Positions 50,026-62,000 of a stretch of 64,000 nucleotides of DNA are shown here, piece by piece. The position numbers and the translations under genes were made by a program. Source of the stretch: Yuukianura sp. NJ FZ-2021 (Eukaryota); contig CM102290.1 in assembly GCA_046563655.1 (NCBI GenBank), forward strand, positions 4,960,001 to 5,024,000, in the 5' to 3' direction. The notes beneath the pieces are model-generated. The model had not been told where the DNA came from and searched no databases. It was given only the letters and a program-made list of their open reading frames with translations. The first letter of the stretch is position 1. Each line of letters begins with the position of its first letter.

Positions 50026-53000
50026 GTAAGTTGACTTTGACCTCTTCAACCTTATTAAACTCCTGTTCGCCTGACACGATCCTTGTGCTGTTCCCTATGG
50101 CTTGGCGTTTTTGAACGGATCTTTGGAGAAGATGATCTGCGCCCTTGTTGATATTTTTCCATTGGCGTTGAGAAGACTGGGGAGTAGTAGCGGCTTTTGA
50201 TGGAGAAATGTAATAATGTAACTGGGACTTACATGTTGAGAATTGTAGCGTTCTGGGACTTGAGATAACCTAAGGTTCAGGGGCTGTCAGAATGCAAGAA
50301 TCAAGTTATTAATTTCATTTCGTAAGAGTACTTAAAGTGACACAGGGAAGATAACTACATGTTTCTTTTTAGATGCATTATACTAAGGTTTTTGTTCAAA
50401 TGCGACAACGGCTTGGTGTTTTTGTAAAGTGCCCAATCACGTCTTTATCCTAAACATCATTAAGTCAGAAGTGTTTCCTAAGTTTTTTTAAATGTAGTTA
50501 AGCGATGTTATAGAAAAGTGAATCATAGAGTTCTCAGTGAGCTATCATTTGGTAAGAGTTTTAATGACAGTGGCCTAGTTGTCATTAAATGTGGATGAGG
50601 CGCCGGAGGAAGCGTCTATTTACAAGTACAGAGTCAAGTAATTAGTTTTCCTGCAACTCCCATCTTTGCCACTACCGTTTTTAAATCATCCTCTTCAAAT
50701 CCATATAGTTTCAATATGCTCAGAGGGGAAAAACAAATTTTAAGCCTCTTAAAAACATTTTGAAGTTCATTTTGGAAAAGCCTTTGAGGGATTTACGAGG
50801 TGGGAAAGAAAGCGAGACTTTAGGAAATCTTGTTTCAAAAAGTGTAGAGGAACAGGTGAGAAGGGAGGAGTGTTTTAGTTTTTAAAATTTTAAATTTTGA
50901 AGTGTGCAAAACTATTACAGATTTGTAAACATTTTAAGTAGCTTTTGAGGACAGTCGATTTTTTCAGAACACGGAAGCGGAGAGGACTTTTTTTTTTATT
51001 TAGAAGTTGACTTATTTTAGAAATTTGGTTTTTGAGAAAAGTGTAGCCGGATGTCGACAGCTTTATGAACGTGCTGTACATTTAAACAAGGAATAGTCAC
51101 TTCACGCCTCATTGCAAAACTGTTGAAAAGTTGTGGTTTCGGTAGTTGTGTTTGAGGACATGGTTTCTAAGATGTAGACGGAAGTAATTGGTTTGGTTCC
51201 TGTGGTTTGTCTTTCGTGGCGGTAGCAAAGAAACGACGAGGTCAACATAACATAGCAACTGACGTCTCCTACCCGCAATGAATGACACGTTTTTGTTACA
51301 GACGACCATATTGGTTTAGTAAGTGATTTTAGTAAATAAGTCCTAATTGAGTCCATGATGGTCGACGTGAAGAAGTGGATTTTGTTTTAAATTTTGTAAT
51401 TTAATGCCGCCATAAGAGCACAAGGAGTGATTTTAGTGAAATGAAGTGATTTAACCTTTCAACTTGCCAACCTTTCTCGGCTCTCTTTTCATCTTTGTGT
51501 TGATTATGAAGAGGTTTCAGTGTTTGCATTCGAGAAATGAAGGAACGGCGGCGGTCAGCAGTGTTTTTCCACGGTGTGTAGACTTTTTTTTTTTGAAAAA
51601 GTGGCGTCGTCGTTGTATACAGAGAGGACAGATTGTTCTCATATCCGATTCCAGGCGGCGGCAAAACGACAGAGGAAAGACCTCTTCTTCCTCTGTCTCT
51701 TGAGTGTCATTGAGCAGAAAAATAGGATTCTCTTCTAATTAGTTGAAGAGTCACTTCGCCGGCACTCTTTGTTTGATGTCTGTCAAATAAAAAGATGTTT
51801 GGAAGTGGAGGGAGTAACTATGTGTTTTGGAGGGAGTATTCAACAGTTTCTGGAATTATTAGACAGAGTGTGAAATGTGTTTAGTAGCTTGTATTTTTAG
51901 AAACTTCGGAAGGACATTCCCGCTTGGAATTATTTCGAGTTTTTTTTTATAACTTTGGGTATTATTAAATGTGGAGTTTGTGGCTTCCGTTTCTGTGAAG
52001 CCTTCTTTATAGACGGTTTTTATTGCGGCGTAACGGAATTTTAGGCAAAAGCACCGCCTCGCCTGTTTTCTCTTCCGCTAGTCGTCTTTTCCTCATGTTA
52101 TGGAGTTTATGGAAGGAAGGAAATGTGCAAATTTGGCTAATTCACTGCCAGTTTTTTAAGATTTGGGTGTATTTTAGTGTTTTTTGGGGATTAGTTAGGA
52201 TTTGAATGTAAGCGACCCAGTCGGAAGTAAGTTGAGTAATGTTGAAGTTGACATCTTCACTGACAGTGTCTAATCACCTGAACGTTCCCTAAGGCCTGTC
52301 AGATGCTGGAAAGACGTTCTCATCACTTACCTCATATCAGTCTCTTGTCTCTCTTAATTATTTGGACGTAATCAGGATAAGTGTTGGTGTGTGGAGGGAC
52401 TTCCGCACCTTAACTGTGGACTTGAACAAGAAGAAAACATATGTCGAAGGGCCCCTTTGGAAGGAGCCCTTAACTATGAAGGTTTTTCTGTGGAAGAGCA
52501 GTAAATGGGGTTGTTAATTGCCGGAGAAGAGCAATTCACGGTCAGATAGACAAAAAGAAGAAGACAAAAAGATCACTTTGAGTACTTGTGCCACTTTAAG
52601 GCAGGGCCAGAAGGGCTACTTTGGCCAAAGTGTCTCCAGACATTTTTATGGACGAGCTCTTAAAAGAAAAACAATACGATAGGGCTAGGGCAGTGGAAAA
52701 ACCTGGGAGAGGAGAATCGTGACATGGTGTCGAATCATTAATTGTAGATTTTTGACTTGCAGCCACCTACGAACAACGTCTTTTGACTCACGATTCGGAT
52801 TGTGAACTCAAACTTATCTGACCTCTTGGATCTGTTTTGTGCTGTCGGAAAGCTTTGAACGATTAGAGATGAATTGAATTTTATTGACAATGTCGCAACA
52901 GCCTAATTACTTAAGTTACAAGATTCGTTGTCCAAATGAATTTGAAGCTTTTAGAGAACCGAACTGACCTCGTCGTTATTTTGTTGCTTTTGTCGTTCCT

Positions 53001-55383
53001 TTGTTCCAATTGTGTCTCATAGTATTTATTTAGTTGTGATGGAAAAGCAGCTTTCGGTTATTTTCGGCAGAGATCAAGGGAGCAGCTTTTCTGGACGTCA
53101 TCTTGATCTTTTCAATGGGCTTGTGCCTTTGTTTGAAGAAGTTAAGGAGGGGAGGATTGTTTGGAGAGGGGGCCCTTTTATAATGTCTACAGCCATCCCT
53201 TAATAGTGATGAAATTTCTATTATGAGTCATAAAAAGTTTTAACTTAAATAATTATACTTAACAAGGCCTGCAAACCAAATAGCCAAACCAAAGGAGGCA
53301 AAGTGATGATTAAGAAAAAAATCCCCGGAGCTGATTGCTGTTGTTTTAATTTAGACGCCTCTGCCAAGTTCTTGGTTTTGAGTGTTTCAAAATCACCGAT
53401 TCGGTCAATAGCTTCAAGGTTTAGTTAAGGGTGATTGAGGAATTTTAGAAATGTTGAACATAAAGAGGGAGAATATGCAAAAAATAGGGTTGTAAGTTTG
53501 AAGATGGGTAGGATGCAGTATGCGACGGGAATTGTTTGGTTGGATAGCTGTTGTTGCCATGGTAGCCGGAAGGGAAGTGATTCCCGGAGTCTTGGAACGG
53601 CAGTTTGCTTAGGAGATGACCCATGGAGAACTGTGGCGACAAAGTTTTGCTTTCATCTTTGCCGCCTTCTCTCCCGGGTTCCGAGATACTCGTCTTGCAC
53701 TCAAAAAAACACAGCGTTCCTGTCGCCTCAATGAATGACAAGCAGATTCAAAATCATGCGTCATGTTGGGCTGAATTCTACCACTTTCTGAGTTTTAGTA
53801 ACTAATTATGAATTTAACCCTGATTTTTAATTTTTTAGACCCAGTTGAAGTCATAGGCTCAGTTTTAATTTTGAAGTGGAAAGTATTTTCAAATTTTCCA
53901 ATCAAAACCCCCGTGGTTCTCAATTTATCTTTGATTTTTATCCGAAATTTGGGACTAGGTTAACATATAACCTAACCCACTTCAGAATCTCTTCGGAACA
54001 TTGAAGATGATCTTATTACGAACTTAAACGTTGAGTTAGTGAAATTTTGAAATTAGTGAATGGTGATTAACTAAATGCCCGGTTAACAACAGTACTGTAG
54101 CTGAAGGTGTAGAAAGCAAGCCGAAAAAGCACCGTTACTCCGCCTCTTTTTCCTACTTGGTTGAATCCCTCTACACTTCGGATGACTCGGACCGAAAAGA
54201 AAGTAAAGTCTTTTGGCAAAGCGCCGTGTCTGGCTGGAGTGGCCTTTTCATGAGTCGATGCACTGTCGCGATGTCATGTCACTTTTAGTCTTTTTTCCTT
54301 TTAACTTCCCGTGTTCATCCGCCAAGTCCCCCCCTGTCCAAGGGTCTGTGCGGACTCCAAATCCCCTATCTATTACTAAATACACTTAACACCAACACCG
54401 CCTATTATTTCTGAGACACTTTTCCAAAGGTGTTTTATCAATTCCCTCCGATCCTCACTGTAAGTACCCCCTCTCTCCATTATCCAAGGGGACTTGAGTC
54501 ATAAAAAAAGTACCCGCCAGTGGTACTGTAGCCCTTCGTCCCAGCTAACCAGGAGCCCTTGAAGGGTTACTGCCAAAAGACCTCTCAAATTTGACATTTT
54601 ACGTCTTCTGGTACTACAGTCTTGATTGAGGAGGCCTTGAAGGGTGTTAATGGCAGTAGCTAAGGGCCACGGAGAAACCAAAATATTTGTTGACGGATCT
54701 TTTGTCTGATTGTACTTTTTAGAAGGTGAGAAATGGCATTCAGAATTTCAAAACTGGAGCCAATGGGGGGAAACTGAAACCGAATGTGATGAGACGATTA
54801 TGGAAAAAGTTCACTTATGAATTTAGACTTTAGAAAATAGGGCTACTACTCTTGTAAATTGGTGGATTTGAATTAGTTCCAAGATGAGTTTGTTTGTTGA
54901 GGGAATTGAAGCGGAGGGGTTTGAGTAGTACTTTCTAAATGAGGGAGGTTGAGGAGCAGTGAAAATGATGAGGAGTAATTTGAGGAGGCTATTAGGATAG
55001 AGGAAGGCAAGGAAGCGTACTTTGGGTACCAGTACCAATGTGGTACTTTTTTTTAGAATCCAACCTGGTTAGATGGTAGTTGGAATCAAAATTGTTGGTT
55101 TTATTTTGACGGTTTACAAGCTGACACGGGAGAGGATGGGGAAAACTAATTAGAAATTTAATTCGTCTACCGATCTCCTGCTCCTACTGCTACTGACTTC
55201 CCACAAAGTACACAGGAACAGGCGCAGTGTCATCCAACTACAATCAACTTCACATCATTTCTCATGCCCTGATTAACATCTTTAAGAAAATTTATATTAA
55301 TATTTTCCGGTTATGTATAGAGAAATGTAGTAAAAGGAAACATTTGTAATTAAGAATTGTGTTTTATTTTTGGTTATGAGCAG

Positions 55384-55589
55384 GCAAGCGTTAATGAATG
55401 CGCAGCGACACGGAGACGAGCGTGGCCGTTCGAACAGTGGTAATGTGGGTTCCTCAATGAGTGGTCACCTCGGGTCTCTCGGTCCGTCTGACTCCATGTG
55501 TCATGACGACGATGACGAAGAGAGAGTGGACGTTGTTGGGAACGACCATGGTCCGGATTCTGTCTCCCCGCCGCCAAGTCGACACCATG
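55384..55589 (+). CDS. omb: omb/Tbx2/3 coding exon 6
   Basis: Acceptor gagcag|G gives ...KREKKQALMNAQR...DDDDEERVDVVG...SRHH. Donor G|GTGAGT, phase 1. Phase matches both neighbouring exons. Confidence 0.88.
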
Positions 55590-55644
55590 GTGAGTCTATT
55601 TTAAATTGAATCCTTGCGTTTTAATAATTTCCGACTATTAAAGT

Positions 55645-56496
55645 CAGTGTTGTATATATTTCAGGGTCGGGTAGTTTTTTTTTTCATTTCAGTGAAAGAA
55701 ATTGGAAAAACTGAAAAATTGAAAGGAACTAGAAAAGCTGTTTTCTTTTAGTCCGTAAATTTAGGTTGGGGAAGTAAAATTTCATTTCACCTTAAAAAAC
55801 TGAAAAAAAAACTTAAATTACCTGAAAGACAGAAAAACTGAAAAATATTTAAAAATACCCACGCATGGCTGCCGTATGACATTTACGCCCGTGACCTCAC
55901 GTTGACCTTTCTTGGTCAAAAACATTTTTAACCCAATTTTACAACGGTTGAGCAATTTGGACTGGCGATGACCGTCAAGTTAGTTACATTTGGGTTCATG
56001 TTCGTTAAAATTAACGTCACAATATCTCATAGTTCGGCATTTTCGCGATACGGCGATCCCCAATAGGACATCGCAGCCAGTAGGAGCGCGTGGTAGTACT
56101 CTCAAAATATCGGAGATTGGGTGTATGGTAGTGTGTTATGTAGAAAACCGTCAAGTTTTAATTCAACTTGACCTGATCTACTGGTCTGGTCAAATAGGTC
56201 ACTCTACGTAAAAATCCATCGGTTGAGAATACTGTTTCTCCTTAAGCAGAGGGAATTTTCATTTGGATGGCTATTTTAACCCATTTTTTGTCATATTTTT
56301 AACACAATCTTTCATCCAAAGCAAAATTTCGTTTCAGTGAAAGAAACTGAAATAAATAAAAAAAACGGACTACAGCTGTTTTCTTTAGTTAGGTTCTTTC
56401 ACTTGGAGGTTTTCTTCGTTTAAGGTTTTTTTTTAATTAACTTCAGTTTTTTTTTCACTTTTCACTAAAAAGTGAAATATTTCACTGCTAACACTG
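55645..56496. mobile_element. Putative non-autonomous DNA transposon in omb intron 6
   Basis: Ends CAGTGTT / AACACTG, flanked by TAAAGT on both sides. Many TTTCA/TGAAA subterminal motifs and an internal direct repeat TTTCAGTGAAAGAAA...AGCTGTTTTCTTT (about 55687 and 56332). Confidence 0.55.
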
Positions 56497-57202
56497 TAAA
56501 GTTGTGACGTGAGAAACGATTCCGGGTGACGCCGAGTTTTAAAACGTAAGGAAATGATTTGGTTTGTGCCAGTGAGTCGGTGAAAGTTTGGAGAGTGAAA
56601 GGTCAATATATTTTCAATTGAGGAGATGAATGGGGAAAGTGACACTTTTTTGTTTTGTTTTTGTTGGTGTCATTGTGGGCTGAAGATGAAGAGTAGTGAG
56701 GTTAGGGTTGATGGTTTGGTAAGACGTGTAAGCGACATAATTTGGTTGTCTGTTGTTGGCTGGTTTGTGTGGTTAAGGCCTTCAGATCAGATCCTATGCA
56801 AGAGGGTAGAATGGAGGGTGGCTTTTGGATATTTGTATTCTCGTGAATACAGTTGGAAATCCGTCTAAAGAGATGTGTAATGCACAGTCCTAACCAACAT
56901 TTCATGAATAATTCATGTAGTGTTCTTATCTAAAAGCGGATTCTTTATTTCTTTTGTATTACACCCGAATCAATATCCACACACTGAGATAGACATGCTC
57001 AAAATAGAGTTGTAGAACATGAGAATCCAATTGTCCAACTAAAGCCTCCTTTATTCGGTCCCTCTGCTCTTGTGGCCAAGTAATCTTAATTCCGCTGGGA
57101 CTTGGAGTAATCTTGGTAGCATCTCCGGCAGAATCTACTTTTAAGTGTCATTATTTTATTGGTTTTTGAAGGAATTTGAATTGAATCGTGTTGTATTTGC
57201 AG

Positions 57203-57598
57203 ATTACTTGGGCGGTGATAATCATGGTCACCATGAGAGTGACCGGGATATGAGTGACAGCGGGTCGGAAAGCGGTGGAGCCTTTCGTCCTACGACCCGT
57301 GACCTGGACCATCCTAGTCCGAATATCTCATTGGGTCCTCCGCTTCAGCCGCCAATGTTGCCCTACCTGTACCCCCCGAACATGTACTCGGGGGCATCGG
57401 GGCTCCCTCCGCTGGGACCCCCACATTCCTTGCCCATGTCACTCTTTGGTCCGGGGGGTCAACACGCCTCACCATCAACCTCACTGCCGCATTCCCTCAT
57501 ATTCAACCATCTCCTGCAGCAGCAGCTCCTGCACGGCTACCCGGGTATCGTTAATGGTATCGTTCCTCCGGTCTCTCTCGCCTCTTCCTTAGGACCTG
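57203..57598 (+). CDS. omb: omb/Tbx2/3 coding exon 7
   Basis: Acceptor gtatttgcag|AT. Encodes DYLGG...SDSGSESGGAFRPT...PSPNISLGPP..PMLPYLYP (Omb-like motifs). Most likely donor is G|GTAATG at 57599, phase 1; the 3' boundary is less certain. Confidence 0.82.
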
Positions 57599-57675
57599 GT
57601 AATGCCCAACCTCACCACCTTTCAGCCTTGAAGGGATTCCCACCGTTGACTAAAGAAGTTTCCTCTTTATTGCAG

Positions 57676-58019
57676 CTTTACTATCGGAACGCTTAAAGTC
57701 GCATAGATTCTTTCCGTACCCACTCATCCCACCGGCCACTGCCTCATCTTCCTCTACGTCCTCTCTCAGCTCCAATTCGACCAGTGTCCTCGGCGGTGGA
57801 AGTCTCTCAGCCTTCGAAACTGTCACTCCAGCCACGCATCCAAGTCCAAAGCAATCTCCACGCCCTGCCGAAGGCCCAGTCTCACCACATCCGCATCGAA
57901 TAGCCAACCTCACCATGTCAGCACACCACCATCCCTCTGAGCTCAAATCAATTGAAAAGATGGTCAACGGACTCGACATTAAGCCGGATCTGATCAAAAG
58001 TGATCTGTGTGAAAAGTAG
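57676..58019 (+). CDS. omb: omb/Tbx2/3 coding exon 8 (last); + frame not listed in the ORF track
   Basis: Acceptor tcctctttattgcag|CT. Encodes LLSERLKSHRFFPY...LSAFETVTP...HPSELKSIEKMVNGLDIKPDLIKSDLCEK*. HRFxPY and SELxSIxxMVxGL are Tbx2/3 C-terminal motifs. TAG at 58017-58019. Confidence 0.9.
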
Positions 58020-58260
58020 CCATAATGCCTGCGTTGAGGAGCAAGTCTGTCCCACATTCCGATACAACCAATCATCATCAGTCTCACTCAGTCCGCAAAG
58101 ATTCCTAGGACACGGAACACATCTCTTGCCGAAGAGAAGGAACACTCAATCTCCGCTACGAATTGTAAGACATCATGGACTCTTTCAATGCTTCGGAAAT
58201 GCTGTCAAACATTTACGCAACACTGCAGGGATTGATTCGTCCTGTGAATCTCCACGCAAC

Positions 58261-58266
58261 AATAAA
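58261..58266 (+). terminator. Proximal polyadenylation signal candidate
   Basis: AATAAA about 240 nt after the stop codon. Confidence 0.4.
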
Positions 58267-59080
58267 TAACTTTTAGCTAAGGTCTTATATCACTTTGCAT
58301 AAACATGGTAAGGAGCGAGAGTGCGGATCCTAACATATTCTTAGGTGAGGAGACTCAAGTCCAAGGGAATAACGTAAATAAGGCACTTGTCTCCCTACAC
58401 TTATGAATTCTATACCGTTGAAAGGTTATTGTGTCCGTTTTTTGGTGGAGAGAGGAGGAGACAGTGGTCTTGTAATTGTAACTCGCGAAACAATTTTTCC
58501 CGGTTTTATGGCAACTCAATACGGAACAAGAAAGTAATAATAATCCTTAATTCATTCTTCCTTGACAGAGTCCCTCACCCATTAATGTTTAATGTTGAAT
58601 CCTTAATATTATACACACACCTTTCAGTTGTCTTTTTCTGCAACTGGACAAAGGCGGTATCCTTTTACATTCAGAACATGTATGTGACCTAAGTCAATCC
58701 GCCATCCCATTATAAGAAAAAAAAAGTTCCCTATCCACACAATGCAGTTAGCATTGATCTAAGTAATAATTATTAGGTCTAGTTCTTATACATTTATCTA
58801 CTACAAGTTTAGGTAATTAGAAGATTCTTACAGTAGGATTTTAGCTAACAAATCAAAATAGAGGAGTAATGCTCTAAAATAATGTTACCCACCTTAAGTT
58901 TATTAGAATTGAGGTATGTTCTTACCCCAATAGAAAAAAAGGCGGTAAATGTTACCTCAATACGCTATGAATAGAGTCAAAGTTACTATGTGCTCTGGCA
59001 AGAAGTTCGTTCCGATCACTTAACCAGGACTCAGATGCAAGGGAAAGATGGGCAATCAGTTAAAATCAAAGAACAAAAAT

Positions 59081-59086
59081 AATAAA
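59081..59086 (+). terminator. Distal polyadenylation signal candidate
   Basis: AATAAA followed within 20-50 nt by a T/GT-rich tract (ttttaggtttttttttt). Confidence 0.5.
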
Positions 59087-62000
59087 AACTTGATCATGAG
59101 TAAAGTTTTCACATTTTTAGGTTTTTTTTTTCAGCGTTGCCTTGTTCGAGGTCAACAAAACGTGAATTTTGAAACAATATCTTGAGGGTTTGAAAATTTT
59201 GTTGAATCAACACTTACTCTCGAGGATTGAGCAACTACTTCTCTCATTTTTGGGGAGAGGAAATGGAATCCAATTTGGGGCATTAGAGAAAGTCAAAGGA
59301 AACTTTCTCATTTATATGAAAATTTAAGTTAAAGAAATTTTTAGTGCTTTTTGGTTTTACAGTATAGAGTTCGCTTCTATTTTTTTTACTTTAGCTGCTG
59401 CTTGAATTTTTGATAGAGTTGCTTACTGACTCCGACGTGTAACCTTATGTAAGTTTACACATGAAAGGGAAAACGCCTTGATTGAAAACCACATTTTGTA
59501 TAGCTTTCACTGTTCACTTTTTTGTTTTGGAAACTTTTCACCTAACATGTGGGAAAAAATGTTGAACGTTGAGAATGATATGCACATTTCTAATATTTTT
59601 TTCTTTCAGATTTTACTTGGTTTATTAGTCAACTCTTGGTCAAACGTTTTTGGGCAAGGAAATATGCACTCCGAAATTTTTTAAAGCTGTATTACAGAAA
59701 TTTACGGGAAAAATGATTGACCTTCAAAGGATTTTTTTAACAATTTGAGTAATTGTTCTTTTTTTATGGAAAAACTGGAATTGCATTTCCTCGTTGCGCC
59801 AAAGGAATGAAGGTCATCGTTGCATTTATTTTGAGTTCACTTGAAGCTTTTATACACTACTGCGCAACTGCTGCCTCGCTCTTTTGCTTCTAATATGCAA
59901 TGCAAATAGAAATATGGTTCAAAAGGTTTTTTTTAGAAATGCAGTTGCAATTCCTCTTTCAGTGAAAGCTTATAAAGCTTTTGCACGAATCCTCCATGAA
60001 ATTCCTGTCGTCATATCATATTCTATATTTAGTTGGTCTAGTAATTCATAGTTACGTAGTTTACAATTAACGGTTCACGTTATGTTAAGTTCGGTACACG
60101 TTGCGGATCTGTTGGTTTCTGGACTAAGATTTTAAGGGGAGATCGATAGCAAGGAAAAGGAAGGAGTCAAATGAAATATTTTTGTCTTTTTTTCACAGAG
60201 TATAAACGCCATGGCGTAACAGAATTTAGGGAAAGTGGCCTTGTCAAGATCTTGAAATCACTGAAAACCCACGTTGCGCCTGCGCCACAGAATGACCCGC
60301 AACAATCGATTCCTTTCATCTTATGTTGTACTGGAAGCGCGACCCTACGATTTTCTTTGAAGGACTCCTACTCCTACTAACCATGGTTCGTCCACTTTCT
60401 CCTTATCCTCCCTCGTTCTTCCTGCTTCCTGTCCTAAAAAAAGCGCAATTGCTTCATTCCTGTTCGTCATACGTTCCGCTTCCTTTTTACATTTAAGAAC
60501 TTCCGGCCAGTGCAACAGCTAAACACCTTCCGCACTTTAAGTGGAATGGAGACCCTGCTTGGAGCAGGGAAAGTTTAAAAAATTAAATTTGAGAGAATAA
60601 GAATAAGGAGTATGCATCGTACAGTAGTGGGCCTTCATTCGTGACAAAGCCCTGCTGGACACTGCGGGAAAAGACTGTCCTAGCCGAAAATTGCTATTGA
60701 AGTGAAAGTAATGGCGTGCGGGAGAAAGTTTGTTGGAAACCCTCATTGTGTGAAGGGATTTGATGTTTGGGAGAGATACGTCTTAATTCCCCTCTCCTAG
60801 CCTAACTTTCTTCTCTTAGCATAGCATGACCTCCTGTGACCACTGATCTTGGTCGTGTGTGAGGATTTAGACTAAATCTGCAGCAGCCGCCTAGGAGACA
60901 AGTGTAGCTTCCAACACGTTTTGACAGGCTCTGTCCCTCTGTCTGTCCACTACTACAAATAACAAAATTAGTCGAGCGCAGAAAGTCGCCTTTCTCTTTT
61001 TTTCTTACTGCATAAGACATAGAAGCCCGTAACGTGTCAAAGTCACTCCTGCCGCTGCGGCATAGTGATTGTTTTTGGAATCAATTATTTTGGCATGTCA
61101 ACATTCTCTTAAGCTTTCGTCCCTCCCAGTTTAAGTTGACTTGAGCAAATGCAAAGGTTGTACTAAGGGAGAGACATAGTTTGAAAGCGAATGTGAAAAT
61201 GACAGACCTCAGGAACTTACTTGTAACTAAACAAATGTTAGTGTGGGCTTTAGTGTATGTTTAGGAAACCGTGGAATTGCCAATTGGGCTTTTAGCAACC
61301 AAAGACTTTGGCGTCGTCGTACCTTGGACACATTGTTTGGACTTTTGTGTTTGAGCGTTGTTTTCTCTCTCTGCAATTTGTTTTGTCACGCCATTATTAT
61401 TATTTGGACCCACCTTTTGGAGACTAGTAGTGTCGTGTTGGTAGGAATGTCATTTGGTCCTTCATGTTCCCACCGAATGGTGTCGAACAATGTTCATGAT
61501 CACACGGTAGGATCCACCACCACCACCCAGCCATTATTAGAAAGTAAACAAAAGTGTTGGAATGGAGACTAACACGATATAGTAAGATGACGGGTGACAT
61601 GGTAGGAGCTACGAATGGGCCATTTCAAATCTCCTGACGTATTTTGTCACAAAAGAAGTGTTTTTTTTGGGGGAAAACTAATTTTTGGTTGCTATTCTGT
61701 TCTTGTTTGAAGTTTTCCAACCCATCATCATCATCACCAGCCCGAAACCGCTCCCGCCCAAACACAACACCATCTAACCATCAATTTGTGCCTTTTGCTA
61801 ATTCAAATATTGAAATTGTTCTGTGAGGTAATGGAATTAGGCGGTTCCGTAGTTTAGTTTTCGTTTTCTAATTTCTACCTCTGCCGGTAGTTATTGTTTT
61901 TTTCTCTTGGAGTTGGGTATATTTCATGACAAACGTGGTAGCACACAGCTACCTTTCTGAAGAAAAACCCCTATCTTGTTTGAATCTTGGAAGTACAGCC

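Noticed and set aside
57599..57696. Apparent frameshift or premature stop suggesting an omb pseudogene
   Set aside because: Resolved by a canonical 77-nt GT-AG intron with a branch-like TGACTAA and matching phase.
58017..58025. Stop-codon readthrough at TAG-C
   Set aside because: An in-frame TAA follows after one codon.
57650..58087. 145-aa antisense ORF (also 28691-28966 and 55374-55577)
   Set aside because: Shadows of GC-rich omb exons on the opposite strand.
3855..61316. Brinker/Mad-type TGGCGYY and GGCGCC sites (omb is a Dpp target in Drosophila)
   Set aside because: The sites I saw are scattered singletons without clustering or a correctly spaced Medea GTCT partner; not distinguishable from chance by eye.
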